From Phoronis australis (Eukaryota; Animalia; Phoronida), in contig NMRA01000055.1 in the NCBI GenBank assembly GCA_002633005.1, positions 124,001 to 188,000 on the forward strand: a stretch of DNA of 64,000 nucleotides, given 5' to 3'. The notes under the pieces are model-generated. The model was given only the letters and a program-made list of their open reading frames with translations. It ran no database searches and was not told where the DNA came from. The position numbers were made by a program, and so were the translations under genes. The stretch's first letter is position 1. Every line of letters begins with the position of its first letter. Positions 26,046 to 37,566 of the stretch are shown here, one piece after another.

Positions 26046-27221
26046 TTACTTGACGAGAACTTCGTTCACGTCACTCAGCCTTTGATTGTCCTGGATGTTG
26101 TTTGTGGAGCTTGATTTTCTAGTTTCCAGTGACTTCGAAATTCGCGCCGCAGACGACAATGGCGAAATTGTCGGTTCCACGTACACAGTGTACGTTATAG
26201 TGGTATTTTTGACGCGAGATACTCGAGACTCCCTTCGCGAGAAGCAGCCTGACCGAGAACGACTACGGCGCAGGCTACGTGATCGTGCCTTCCGTTTCAT
26301 TCGGTCGCTGTGCTGGTGGCGCTGATATTGGTTATCATGACCATCACGCTGGTGGCGATGGTGTTTTTTTGTACAATAACAATACGTCCATCCGAGTATG
26401 GCGCCTGATGATAGCACTCCCGCACCAACTACACACCAGAAAAGGTAACCTTCTAACACCGTAGAGTCTTGTGTTGAGGATCCCACTAATGGGACTGCAA
26501 TATGCGCCTGCAGTGGTTCACAGGAGTCTGCGTAATCCTCTTTTGAAACATTTTTGGACAAGTCTGGAAATTTAAAAAATCCAGAAATTTGTTTAGTGCA
26601 TAAGCGGATCCCCCATGGATATGGTCAGAAAAAAAAACGACTCGCCCATTCCGTATGTGAAAATTTGTCCATCGAAAATAATGGGTGGGCCTCCCTTAGA
26701 CTTTTATGAATAAAGCGCGCTTCGATGACAAAACTAGAGATGAATCATGATGAAAACTATGGTCCGGCTGTGAATGGACGAAGTTGTAGAGGTATCAAAA
26801 CATGTTTTCTTACCTACACAATCGTGTTTGATAACAAGCATTCCTTGAGTTACACCACATGCACTTTTGAGGCGGTCTCTGAACTGACTTATTTCATCCC
26901 GACCAAGAACGTAGCGGCAGGAAGAACGATTTTGGCACCGACTGTGGACTGCCGCCATGAATGTTTCGTCCTCAAGAGTCGCGAAACAGTTACCATCAGA
27001 TATGCAGCACGAGTTGACAGAGCTGTTTTCACGGTCGCAATCATTGCTGACTTTGGCCATGACATAGGCAGATCCTTGCTGGAGAACGTATAGCGTTTGG
27101 TCACCAGGTCTCGCGCAGCGCATGCAAACAGAGGGCGCTTCAGTACTCAGACATGCAAATGCTCCTACATTTAGGAAAAGTACGGCGAGATACTCGTACC
27201 AGTACCAGTGCAAACAAAGTC
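26046..27221 (-). CDS. Single-pass membrane protein with N-terminal SUEL/galactose-binding-lectin-like Cys-rich domain (partial model)
   Basis: Exon ~27221-26814 (donor G|GTAAG) joins in phase 1 to exon 26563-26046 (acceptor TTTCCAG). It encodes a hydrophobic signal-like segment, a C...G..L.V...CC...C...VHSRCQNRSSC...CG...LVIKHDC pattern, the TM LFWCVVGAGVLSSGAILGWTYCYC, and a His/Arg/Ser-rich tail. The start exon was not found. Confidence 0.6.
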
Positions 27222-29120
27222 CTCAAGATTGCAGTGTAAAAAAACCGTTATGCTTTACATTTAGTACCGGCCGCGTATAAAAATTCAAACATCTAAGTGC
27301 TAAAACTGATGTTTGACTGTCCAAAAATAGATGTCCCTAAAAATTAGTACCTAAAGTAAACCCTCAGTGTTTCGATGATTTCAGCCAATCTTCGTTCTGT
27401 CACCTATTAATGCATCATTGGAGCCAATCTTGAAAGTTAAAAACAGGAATCAACTAAAAACTTGTACTCCCTATGTCACAGAATACGTATTATAATTCTT
27501 GGTGGCCGGGTGGTCTTTTTTAACAGTTGCCTCTGGCTTGCAAATTCGCTAAAAGCGGAGGTCACGAAAGGAATTCTCAAATTTTCCTCCTAACATTTGA
27601 GGGTTGTCGAGGGCTATGGAGCATTATTTTGTTCCAGGCAATTGGACGGGAACTTCGTTTTTAATTTCTGTTAATAGGACAAAAGGGTTTGGTATCCTTT
27701 GAAGTTTTATAGATTTTTCTTTTGGTTGCCCTAAATAATATCCAGAGTATTGAGTAACAAAATGCGGGACTGGCTGGCTTTACAGAAAAGTTGTCGTAGT
27801 GCCTAATTATCTCTCAATTTCAACTCGGTGAAGATTGTAGTCATGACAAGGAAACTTAGTCCAATTTGACAGAATATTAACACTCGCGATGGAGCGGCAA
27901 TGAAGTTAGTGCAAAAGAAACGGCGTAAGCTTAATCAAAATTCAACTAATTAATCTTTCCCTCTTGATAACAAATATGTAATGATAAATAACAAGGCTTT
28001 CGTACGTAACAGTTTTTCAGAATATCTTGGTGCTACTTCTAGTCTGTCACAGGATGACTTCCAAAGAAAAATAACTATTGAGAGGCTGAGGGCATGACCT
28101 GAAAAAGAAAGTATATGAAATGTCACGGCCAAATAACAGATCATGGAGATAGGAACTGGATTAAATTATAGCCGTAAACTATAAACCAACCAACTTCGTG
28201 GCCTTGATAGATTTTAATGAATCTTGGACAGTAGCTTTCTATTACGGAAACTATGACAACACTCCCATTTTCGGATGAATTCAACACATTCTGTGCCCCA
28301 TAATGGCATTTGAATTATTTACGCGTCTATTTTTTGGTGCCCGCCTATTTATGCGCCGAAACCCTTGAAGGACGTGTTACTATATTGAGATAATCCTGAA
28401 CGGCCGCAGTAGGTTTTCCGGTGGGTCCAACTACCGTGACGTGTTCTTTTTTTACCCCGTGACCTCAATAGGGCATCTGCCAAGTTTCTTTTGGGAAATT
28501 CATAACATTTAGTGATTCCAAACTGTTTGAAGTTTTGCTCTTATTAACATAAAAGATGAATTAGGTTTTTATCCAACCTAAATATTTCAATGCACGTGCC
28601 CATTTGGTAGCTACGTCCCTACTTGACAGTACTATCGACTAACTCGTCCTGTTCAATTTCCCTACAGACCTCGAGAGATAAACTAAGCATTTACCTACCG
28701 AAGGTGAAAAATTTGGACATTTGGAGTTGTTGCCTTTCTCTAATGGACCGTACTCCGTATCATATAAGCGCCCTTTTCCCTTGTCGAGACATCGTAAACG
28801 CACTTATCTGATAAGCATCATTTTGTGTTCATCTTCTTTTTTTGGAAAAATTGAAACTTATCAGATAAGTGCCTAACTTTGAGAATTTGTAATGCAGCGC
28901 GTTTAATACGTGCTGCGTTTGTTTTTGTTTTCGAAACCACGAACGAGTCAGTGTGATTACCAATTCAATACGTTCACGAATAAACATAAAAAGCTTGCTT
29001 TTCAATTTGGAAAACGAAGACAGAAAGTTTTTCTGGGCGTTTGTAGCACGAGTATAGCAGTCATCAATTGCACATTTGACCTGGAAACTCGTGTGCATGA
29101 ACCATTATGTAATCGAGCAC

Positions 29121-29252
29121 ACTCAGACTAGCCGCTCACAGACTAGCCGCTCACAGACTAGCCGCTCACAGACTAGCCGCTCACAGACTAGCCGCTCACA
29201 GACTAGCCGCTCACAGACTAGCCGCTCACAGACTAGCCGCTCACAGACTAGC
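29121..29252. repeat. 15-bp minisatellite (CAGACTAGCCGCTCA) ~9 copies
   Basis: Tandem repeat is directly visible. Confidence 0.95.
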
Positions 29253-29326
29253 CACTTCTGTTGAGGTGACAATAAAGTAGAACAGAAAATGCCAAAAATA
29301 TTTTCAAGTTCGATTTCGAGTAGGCC

Positions 29327-29546
29327 CAGGGGCAGATCCAGGATTTTGAGTTAGGGGGGTCCAGGGCTCAGGAATAACCAGAATTTCGCCTCATGCAGGG
29401 ATGTAGGGAATATAATTTTTTGGGTTTGTGGATCGACCTTATTATTAAAAAAACGGGGTTTGTTCAAGGCCTATGCATTGTGCATTTGCCCCCCGAGCCC
29501 CCCTGGGGGGCATGGTCCGCTTGGCACCCCCCTAAATCCGCCACTG
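29327..29546. mobile_element. hAT5-like MITE, reverse orientation, 5-bp TSD AGGCC
   Basis: CAGGGGCAGATCCAGGATTTTGAGTT...CTAAATCCGCCACTG, with AGGCC at 29322-29326 and 29547-29551. Confidence 0.8.
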
Positions 29547-31048
29547 AGGCCAGCCTACAAAAATTAGACCGTCCCCAGGACTAAATGCGGGATATCAAAA
29601 AGTTCTTGCCCAATATGCTTTCATGAAATAATTACCTAAAACTATGCTTTCTGTCAAACATTAGTTAAATTGCAACGTATTACGTTTCCTTTGTTATCGG
29701 TAAATTTTACCCTCAAGAGCTTTTTGAAAGCGGCAAGTCACATCAAAAGTAGCCTCCACTCCCTCTCACGTGCACAAGGTTGATTAAACGTGATCTTATC
29801 TAGTCGTAAACAGTGGTAAACAACTCATCCTTAATTTTCAAAACTTTTAAAGCTACGATTTTTCATTGCATGTTTTCAGCAAGAACGTCGGGTCTTCAAT
29901 TTTTAAAATTGCCAGGTGAACTATCAGCTAAAATCAGAACTTTAAAAAGATACCAAAACCCATTTTGATGATTTCAACCAGTCTCCGTTCAGTCACCTAC
30001 AAATGCATCATTAACGTCAATCTTGAAAGATAAAAGCAGAAATCAATCAAAAACTCATCCTCCCTACGTCACAGATTGGATATTATGGGTCTTGGTGGGT
30101 GGTCTACTCCTGTGTTATTCGCCAAATCGTAGGTCATGCTTGCTCGTCTAGCAGACTTTGAAAGGAGCCGTCAAGTTTTCTTCCAAATTTTAAGGGTTGT
30201 CGAGGGTTACAGGGCATTATTTCGTTCCCGTTGGATGAGAAAGTCGTTTTTTATATCTGCTACTAGGTCAAAACCGGGTTTGGTATCCTTTTAAATGACA
30301 TCCGACAGGCGAAAGATTTCGACTTGTTGATTGGTGATTGCGTTCTACTCTCAGTAGTACCTAGAGATCTCTTTTAAATTGACTAACAAATAAGACAAGG
30401 CCAATTTTATAAACGGCCAAGTAGCCTAAATCAAAAGTTCTCTTTTTGCAGAAACCACTGATTTAATGCCGTTTTAAAATCAGGTAAAAACAAATAATCG
30501 CTCAGATGCCACAATGTTCTCATTAGTTGAATTTTCTAATCTGAAGTGCAGCCTGCCCTCACTTACCATTGCCACTAATGACAGCACTTTAGCACACTGA
30601 CTGAATGAGGGCGCTGTGGTAAGCCGCTTCTGAAAGAACCCCATGAAAATAACATATCCCCTGCCCAGCATACTGTGTCTTAAATTGGTGCGTCATTGAC
30701 GCAAAAAAATATTTCACTGGCGTACTGTGATTTCTTAACTCCATTGGAAGTGCTCATTTAAATTGCAAGCGAAAGAGGACAAAAAATAACATGGCTCAAA
30801 GGTCCTGCAAATTGGCATGGTCACTGACCCAATTAATTATGGATTGATAAAAAGTCAAAACTCACATTCTACAGACTTTCACATTCATAAAATATACACT
30901 TTTACTGAGTTCTAATTTATAGTTTTGTAGATATCATGCTAAATACAAACACGTCCATTTGGTCCTACACTGGTTCCTCTGTATTACAGGACGTTTTGAA
31001 AACAAATCAAAATTTGACAAAAACATTCTATATTTATAGTGTGCAGTG

Positions 31049-33070
31049 TTACAGACCATTCCCCCTAAGACTGTTGCAGAAGCAGAATTTCTTAAAGCGG
31101 TTGTCCTCAGTACATTTGGCTTGTTCACCATACCTGTCTAATCTACCAATATCAGATATCACTTTAAACACACCAGAAGTTAGATGTCTTCTAACTGTAA
31201 CTTCTATTAATCCATGGGACGGCAGAATAGAAATGATTAAAAAATAATCTTCAAAAGTTTTCTGCGCTCTTTTACCAAATTCTGGTTGTCCTTGCCAACT
31301 AGCAGACTTGAATGTCTGCACTTTATAGTTGGTTTCAAAGATATACGAGTCATTTATGCCTTCTAGCTTCAGCATTGCACATTTCCCATTGGATAGTTTT
31401 AAAGCTGCGTTTAAGTGGATGATAACTTGACTAGCAGCTTTAACAACATATTCATTCGTTTTCTCCACTTTAATCCTCTTCGAACACGCACACCAGTGTG
31501 TTTCTATTCCTGCATCAGCACATGACCTCTGCTTTGGCACAACTTTAAAGAACGAAATGGAGCGTGACGCAGACAAGGGGTGGTCTTCACGAAAGCCTTG
31601 CAAGATATGTTGCATTGTGGCATGAAAGTCAAATGGTGAGGTCAATCGGTGCACATTGTCATGCACATTATTGACCAGTTGGGGGTACCTTATTTGTACA
31701 TGTTGGGGAATGACAACAGACATCAACGGCAGTCTGTCCTCTAATTGGCCGACTAAGGTTTTTCTCTGAGAGCCCCACCTAGAACCATGATCGCTGAAAA
31801 GAAACAAAACTGTGTTTCTCGCAGCATTACTGACTTCAAATTTCACCATAAATTCCCTAATATCATAGTCGAGCATAGCAGCACCAGCAACACTTCCATG
31901 GGAGACCTCGCCAAGGAAGACAAAACTAAAGAATGGCACACCGACAAAAGCACATCCTTGAGCAAAATCTTGCAACTGACTTAGAATGATACGATGACTT
32001 GGCATTCCTCCTACACAGAATTTTCTACTGTCCTTCTTAAGCTTAGATTTGCTGAAAGCGAGCCAGAATGGTCTCATGTAGAAATCTGTGGGCTGAATTC
32101 GAAAACCGTTTCTTCCAACATTAAATGTGTTGAGATTAACATCATCTTCAGCATAAAATGTGGCATAACCACGCTGTTCAAAATCTTTCCAAAGCAATGG
32201 AAAAGAATCATAATAAAATATTCTATCAAGATATTTTCCAAACGAATAGGTAAGTTCTTCGTAAGTTTTTCCAGTTAAAATCGGCACCAAGTTCACAAAA
32301 GTGTTGTCACCAACTTTGTTGTATCCATCAAACAAGACAGCCCTCGAGTTCTCCACCATCCACTTTGCAGTCTTTGGCAATAGACGCAAAAAACTAGAGT
32401 GTGACACCGAGTCAATCCCTAATGCCAGAACATTAAATTGTTGTGGGAGCTTGACCCTCCCTTTTCTTCTTTCTGCAATTTTCTCAATGGTTTTAGTGCT
32501 CATCCACGCATGGTAATTTTCATAGATTTGCACTTGTTTGTTGTCCAAGCACTCCACATGTAGGAATGTATAGTTTATATTCAGAGTTAGGCTGCTGTTG
32601 TTCAAAGGCAATTGAGCCCAATCCGTGAAATGGTAGTCAAAGTCATTTGATGCCCTTTGAAAGCGATAAATATATCTAAAATGACAGTATTTTATGTGCT
32701 GATAATGCGACTGTTTCACAGACACATTCACTGAAAGAACGTAGCAGCCGAAATGCTTTATGAATCGGCCACATTCACTGCTCACAAATGTCAAGTCCGG
32801 AATACTAGAGCGACAATCGACTGACGTAGCGTAGTTGGCTTCCACCACAACCGGGTCAAATGGATCAAGTTTTGGTAAATGGCATGCCTCGTTCTCGAAA
32901 GATTTCATGCCCAAGTCTCTCCAAACGGTGGCAGCCAAATTCAACACATTGCGCCTAGATGGTTCGTGAATACTCAACACAACAACTACAGAAACGACGG
33001 AAAGCCCTATTAAAGCAATTATAATTTTCTTTAAACTGATGCGCCTCAGAAATTTGAAGCGAGCACACAT
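31049..33070 (-). CDS. DUF229 family protein (alkaline phosphatase/sulfatase-like fold), type II membrane, 673 aa, intronless CDS
   Basis: Uninterrupted ORF with an N-terminal signal-anchor. Family motifs: CHLPKLDPFD, NVLALGIDSVS...FLRLLPKT, FDGYNKVGDNTFVNL, GYATFYAED, PTDFYMRPF, FSDHGSRWG...GQLEDRLP, LTSPFDFHAT, RSCADAGI..HWCAC, C-terminal RLDRYGEQAKC...KKFCFC. Confidence 0.93.
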   Translation of the reverse strand: MCARFKFLRRISLKKIIIALIGLSVVSVVVVLSIHEPSRRNVLNLAATVWRDLGMKSFENEACHLPKLDPFDPVVVEANYATSVDCRSSIPDLTFVSSECGRFIKHFGCYVLSVNVSVKQSHYQHIKYCHFRYIYRFQRASNDFDYHFTDWAQLPLNNSSLTLNINYTFLHVECLDNKQVQIYENYHAWMSTKTIEKIAERRKGRVKLPQQFNVLALGIDSVSHSSFLRLLPKTAKWMVENSRAVLFDGYNKVGDNTFVNLVPILTGKTYEELTYSFGKYLDRIFYYDSFPLLWKDFEQRGYATFYAEDDVNLNTFNVGRNGFRIQPTDFYMRPFWLAFSKSKLKKDSRKFCVGGMPSHRIILSQLQDFAQGCAFVGVPFFSFVFLGEVSHGSVAGAAMLDYDIREFMVKFEVSNAARNTVLFLFSDHGSRWGSQRKTLVGQLEDRLPLMSVVIPQHVQIRYPQLVNNVHDNVHRLTSPFDFHATMQHILQGFREDHPLSASRSISFFKVVPKQRSCADAGIETHWCACSKRIKVEKTNEYVVKAASQVIIHLNAALKLSNGKCAMLKLEGINDSYIFETNYKVQTFKSASWQGQPEFGKRAQKTFEDYFLIISILPSHGLIEVTVRRHLTSGVFKVISDIGRLDRYGEQAKCTEDNRFKKFCFCNSLRGNGL

Positions 33071-34493
33071 CCCAGTTACTGTTAAGCAGACAACACTTTC
33101 CCACGGATATTCTCTTCAGTATTTGTTTCGGTGCACAACACAGTTGACTTGCACTGAAGCCACGCTCTGCACCACAAGCAACGTTTCGTTTAACGGTTTT
33201 CAATACCATACACATTGAAAAGTTGTACGTCTGTTAGTTAAATAACCATCAGGGCATAAGGTATGTGGCAATATAGTGATATAAATAATAATAGAGATAA
33301 TATAAAGCCGGACCTAGACTCTTGTGTCCTCCTGGCGGTGAAAGAACAAAGCTAGACGTGCCGCTCAAGCAGCCAAAGCTGCATTTCGCCCTACGGTATA
33401 GGTTTAGGTGGTTAAACAACGAAAATCGAAAAAGGTCTGTTGCTCTCATTAAATCGATCTCACACTTTCCCTAACCGTTATAGGATTCTATTTCCGTTAG
33501 GCTTCATAGGCGGATTTAGGGGAGGGGGCCCGGCCCCCCCCCCTTGGCTGCCGCGAAAAATAAAACGGTAAGAGCGTAGGAAAATGTTGAGTTTATTAAT
33601 TAACCCTGGTAATTAAAATTATACGGATGAAAACAGATTTAAATGTGTGCAGATTTAGTGTTGGGGGGGCTCAAATCCAATTTCAAGTGTCAAATTCGGA
33701 ACACGGCGCATTCGTAACGGAACTATGGCTAAGTATAGGCTCTCCCGCGATATCCCAGGCAACCGGCAGTAGCGCTGCACACTACGACTCCGTTTCCGTC
33801 GTCTGCTCCACTGTGCAATGAAGAAAATTAATTTACTTCATTTTTTAAAGAAAATGGAACCTGAGTGACGATGAAAAAACAGAAGCTGCTGGTAAGATGT
33901 GAATTTTAATCGAAGCCTTAGTGAATCACTCAGAAACTCGCTATACACTCCGAAACCCTATAGTCGTCCGCCTAAGCATAAAACCGGCTTGTTGTCTTAC
34001 TCACCCAATTATTCCACTTCAAAGTTATGATCTGAATAGGACTTGATTTAACTCTCACAAATATATAGTATTCGTTGATTCAAACGTTTTCTTTTACTTA
34101 AGCCGAGTTGTTCAACTGTGCATTGCTTTTCGGCAGCCATTTTATAATGACACCTATGGTCGTCATGTGCTGCCGCCTTTTGAAAGGACAGAAAAGCACA
34201 CAGAAAAAGGCCAAGAAAATAGTGGAAAGTGGTTTACAGCAACTCTACTTCAACCACAAACTGTTTTACTGGTATGATATCGATTTTTAAATCGATTAAA
34301 ATTGATTTAGAATTTCAGTTCTGGAAAATAAATCACAATTGTTTTATTCCAGGCAGACCTTACTTATTTTGTATTTGTGACCTCTTTATTTGACTTTTTG
34401 CTCTTGTTGTTCTTAACATCACTTATCTCTGCTGTCCTTCTTTTTCTTTTCAGTTTCTCTTCATTCTCTGTTAACACCTTGTCAGCCAAAACA

Positions 34494-34781
34494 NNNNNNN
34501 NNNNNNNNNNNNNNNNNNNNNNNNNNNNNNNNNNNNNNNNNNNNNNNNNNNNNNNNNNNNNNNNNNNNNNNNNNNNNNNNNNNNNNNNNNNNNNNNNNNN
34601 NNNNNNNNNNNNNNNNNNNNNNNNNNNNNNNNNNNNNNNNNNNNNNNNNNNNNNNNNNNNNNNNNNNNNNNNNNNNNNNNNNNNNNNNNNNNNNNNNNNN
34701 NNNNNNNNNNNNNNNNNNNNNNNNNNNNNNNNNNNNNNNNNNNNNNNNNNNNNNNNNNNNNNNNNNNNNNNNNNNNNNNNN
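34494..34781. other. Assembly gap (N run)
   Basis: Run of n characters. Confidence 1.
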
Positions 34782-35085
34782 GTTTTGTGTCCCGTCGGAA
34801 GAAAATTTAAATTCGAAAACATCTTCTGAAAACGCACAAAAAAGTGTATTAGTAAAATCTACTGATTTTTAAGTGGTTTTAAAAAACAATCGGTAAACTC
34901 ACCGATTTTTGTCTCATTACTTTGATACGTGTCTCTTCCGATAAGTTAGTACCTAACGTGCAGACGAGCACTCCAAATTGGAACGCTAAGTCCCGCGTGG
35001 TTGCGCTGCACGCGAAACAAGATGGCGGACGAACTTTGGGGCCTGGCGAAAATAGGTAACCGGACTATATAACGTTAGCAGTTAA

Positions 35086-35155
35086 ATCGTGGTGGTGTAG
35101 TGGTAACGCACGCGCGCTCTATCCGCCAGGTCGTGAGTTCGAGTCTTTGGAACTT
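35086..35155 (+). promoter_or_regulatory. tRNA-derived Pol III internal promoter (SINE-head-like), not an intact tRNA
   Basis: A box TGGTGTAGTGG (35093-35103) and B box GAGTTCGAGTC (35135-35145) at tRNA spacing, with oligo-T runs ~40 bp downstream. The acceptor and anticodon stems do not pair. Confidence 0.6.
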
Positions 35156-35768
35156 GCAGGATTTCCTGTTAGACATGTTCTCCGTTTTTTTCTTTTTTTG
35201 CCTTTTTTCTTGGATAATACTTCAGGAATCAAGGTAAATGCTTGATTTTTATAGGTAAAAACAGAAAAATTTCCTGGGCAAACGCCCCCTCCCGACCTCC
35301 CCCCATTCGGTGATATGCGCATCTACAATCGTGGTTCAGTTTGCGCAAATGCTTACAGCCGGACAAAATGTTGGCCCCCCCCTTGTGATATCCTAGATCC
35401 GCCACTGGGCCTACTCACTCAAGTCACATGCATGCATACATTTGCGGGTTGCCGGTAACACGTACGAGACACAAGCGCAGGGTTTCATGACGGTGAAAGC
35501 ACCGGGTTTTCGTTTTTGGCCAGCTGAACAGGACGAAGTGTATCTTTAATATGATTCCAGCTCACAGACGCAGCTATAAGCCGGCCCATCATCCATCACA
35601 TTTTTTTTTAATTTAGACCACTTGCCGCCTATGATTGGCTTCCGGCAAAATGTTCGTCAACTGAGTTCAGAAAGCGGAAATTTCCTGGAATTTTTTAAGC
35701 ATATTCTGCATAACGTATGTCCTTGTCTCTGGAATGTTTTGTTGCAAGGAATCTGCCCAATGAGATAC

Positions 35769-36156
35769 CAGAGGCAGATCTACAGGACCGGGGGTTCAGG
35801 GGGTTCAATCCCCCCCTCGGCGGGACAGGATCAAAAATAAAAATTGACTGTATCTGTGCTTCATATTACTTGTTGCTGTGCCTAGCTATAGGTAATGGCC
35901 ACTGTATTCTCTCTTCTGATGATGGTGTTTGAAGAAATGACACCGAAACATGTCAAGTCGACTTAATTCGTGGTTGTTTTTAGTAAAATAAATTTCGCCA
36001 GCCGGAAAAATGATTTAAATCAGCCACTAAAAAAAACGAAAAATGTTACATGGAAGGGGGGAACACCCTACCGACCTTCCTTCCACTCGGCGCTACGTGC
36101 CTTGGATTCACTGGAATCCTAAACCCCCCCTTACTGAAAACGTAGATCTGTCACTG
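35769..36156. mobile_element. hAT5-like MITE with 5-bp TSD GATAC, carrying a Penelope pLTR fragment
   Basis: CAGAGGCAGATCTAC...GTAGATCTGTCACTG, with GATAC at 35764-35768 and 36157-36161. Internal ~35845-35990 aligns with the pLTR at ~11095-11230. Confidence 0.8.
35913..35957 (+). ncRNA. Minimal type I hammerhead ribozyme with intact catalytic core
   Basis: CTT-CTGATGA-t-GGTGT(ttgaagaaatg)ACACC-GAAA-CATGTC-AAG. CUGAUGA and GAAA boxes, GUC cleavage triplet at 35952-35954, 3-bp stem I, palindromic ACAUGU stem III. Confidence 0.8.
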
Positions 36157-37502
36157 GATACTAGGAAAAATTCCGTCTCCAGGCCGGGGTCCGTCGACTC
36201 GGATACCACCCGGCCGTAGGGCCTACCATGTGGACAAAATTCCATTCATCACCAATAAGGTTGTGAATGCCAACCAAATTTGACATGATAAAGTTCGCTC
36301 ATATACAATACAACCCAAAATTTTAATTCTTCCGTCCAACAATTGTCATCAAGAGCATGTAGGCTATTAGATTTGAAATTCCTCGACTAGTGACGGAACG
36401 AGGCAGTGTGATCGATATTTTTGCAAATTCCTATATTACGCCCAGGATAGGGTCTGCACTTCCAGACACCTGAAAAGGCTGATTTAGTTACATCTCAGCA
36501 CAAACTTCTATGGTGTCGATGAACTTTTGACCTCAAGAGCCCCGGGAAAGCTATCACAGCATCAGAAGCTTTAGGCTCCAGTCATCTATATGTATATGCC
36601 CAATAAAGGCTCCATATATTGATTGAGCTGGCAAGGCTTGAGTAACAGCGATCTTATCTGGTCGTTAACAGTTATAAACAACTTGGGCTTAGCCTATTAC
36701 AAAGCCAGCACAACAAAAAAATCGAGAAAAAAATAACGTTTTCAGCAAGAAATCTTTAAGTTATATACGAGGTTATCGAAAATTTGTATACTGAGTCATA
36801 TATTTTGTATTTAGAGAAATATGCATTTCAACACTGAAAGGGTATATTTTTTTCACAGTATTAAAGGAATTCTTAATTTCTCATCTATTTGGTCATGCAG
36901 CCATCTCTTTGCAATAAAACTTTCCAAAAACGAAGGGTGCGTTCAAAGCAAAAAACGGTAACAATAACATTACCAAGGTTTCGTTTGATAGGCCTAGTGC
37001 ATTGGCCTACATGGCCAAGATGAAATCTCATGAACACTGTTGTGATATTATGATCTTGTTTTCATCATAGAACTATGGCCCTGTAATTGTTAAAAATTTC
37101 GTAGCATGTTTAAAACGGTTCTAGGACTGGACCTGAAAAAAATATCAGAGCCCAGACTCTTCCCAGCATCCGATCAGGGCAAAGGTCGGTGGGGTATAAA
37201 CAACGAAATACTAGTCTCTGCTCTAATTATAATAAAAACACATTCTTTGCAAGCATTCTCCAGGTTCTTAACCAATTTTATTATTAGCAACTACGATCCA
37301 GTTTCTCATATTTTCAATTGCATCATATGTAACAGTATGTAATTGTATTCCCAAAATCTCCAGAGCTGTACCAGTCCACTTCTTGGTTCCTGGCGTGTCG
37401 GTCGTTTTCAGCGCTACCACTTTGTTTTCATGATAAGTATGCTACATATATATGGCTTCCTCACCTATTCCTACTGATTTTGGCATTTCCATTTATTTAT
37501 TT

Positions 37503-37566
37503 TCTCTCTCTCTCTCCCTCCCTCTCTCCCTCCCTCCCTCCCTCTCACTGACTCTCTCTCTCTCTC
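37503..37566. repeat. Polypyrimidine (CT/CCCT) microsatellite
   Basis: Directly visible. Confidence 0.9.

Larger units (their letters stand above)
33505..35407. mobile_element. ~1.9-kb hAT5-like non-autonomous element spanning an assembly gap
   Basis: Left end CATAGGCGGATTTAGG, right end CCTAGATCCGCCACTG, flanks GGCTT/GGCCT (5-bp TSD with one mismatch). Continuity across the N-run is unproven. Confidence 0.55.

Noticed and set aside
34364-34837. ORFs of 150-157 aa
   Set aside because: They are open only because they cross the N gap.
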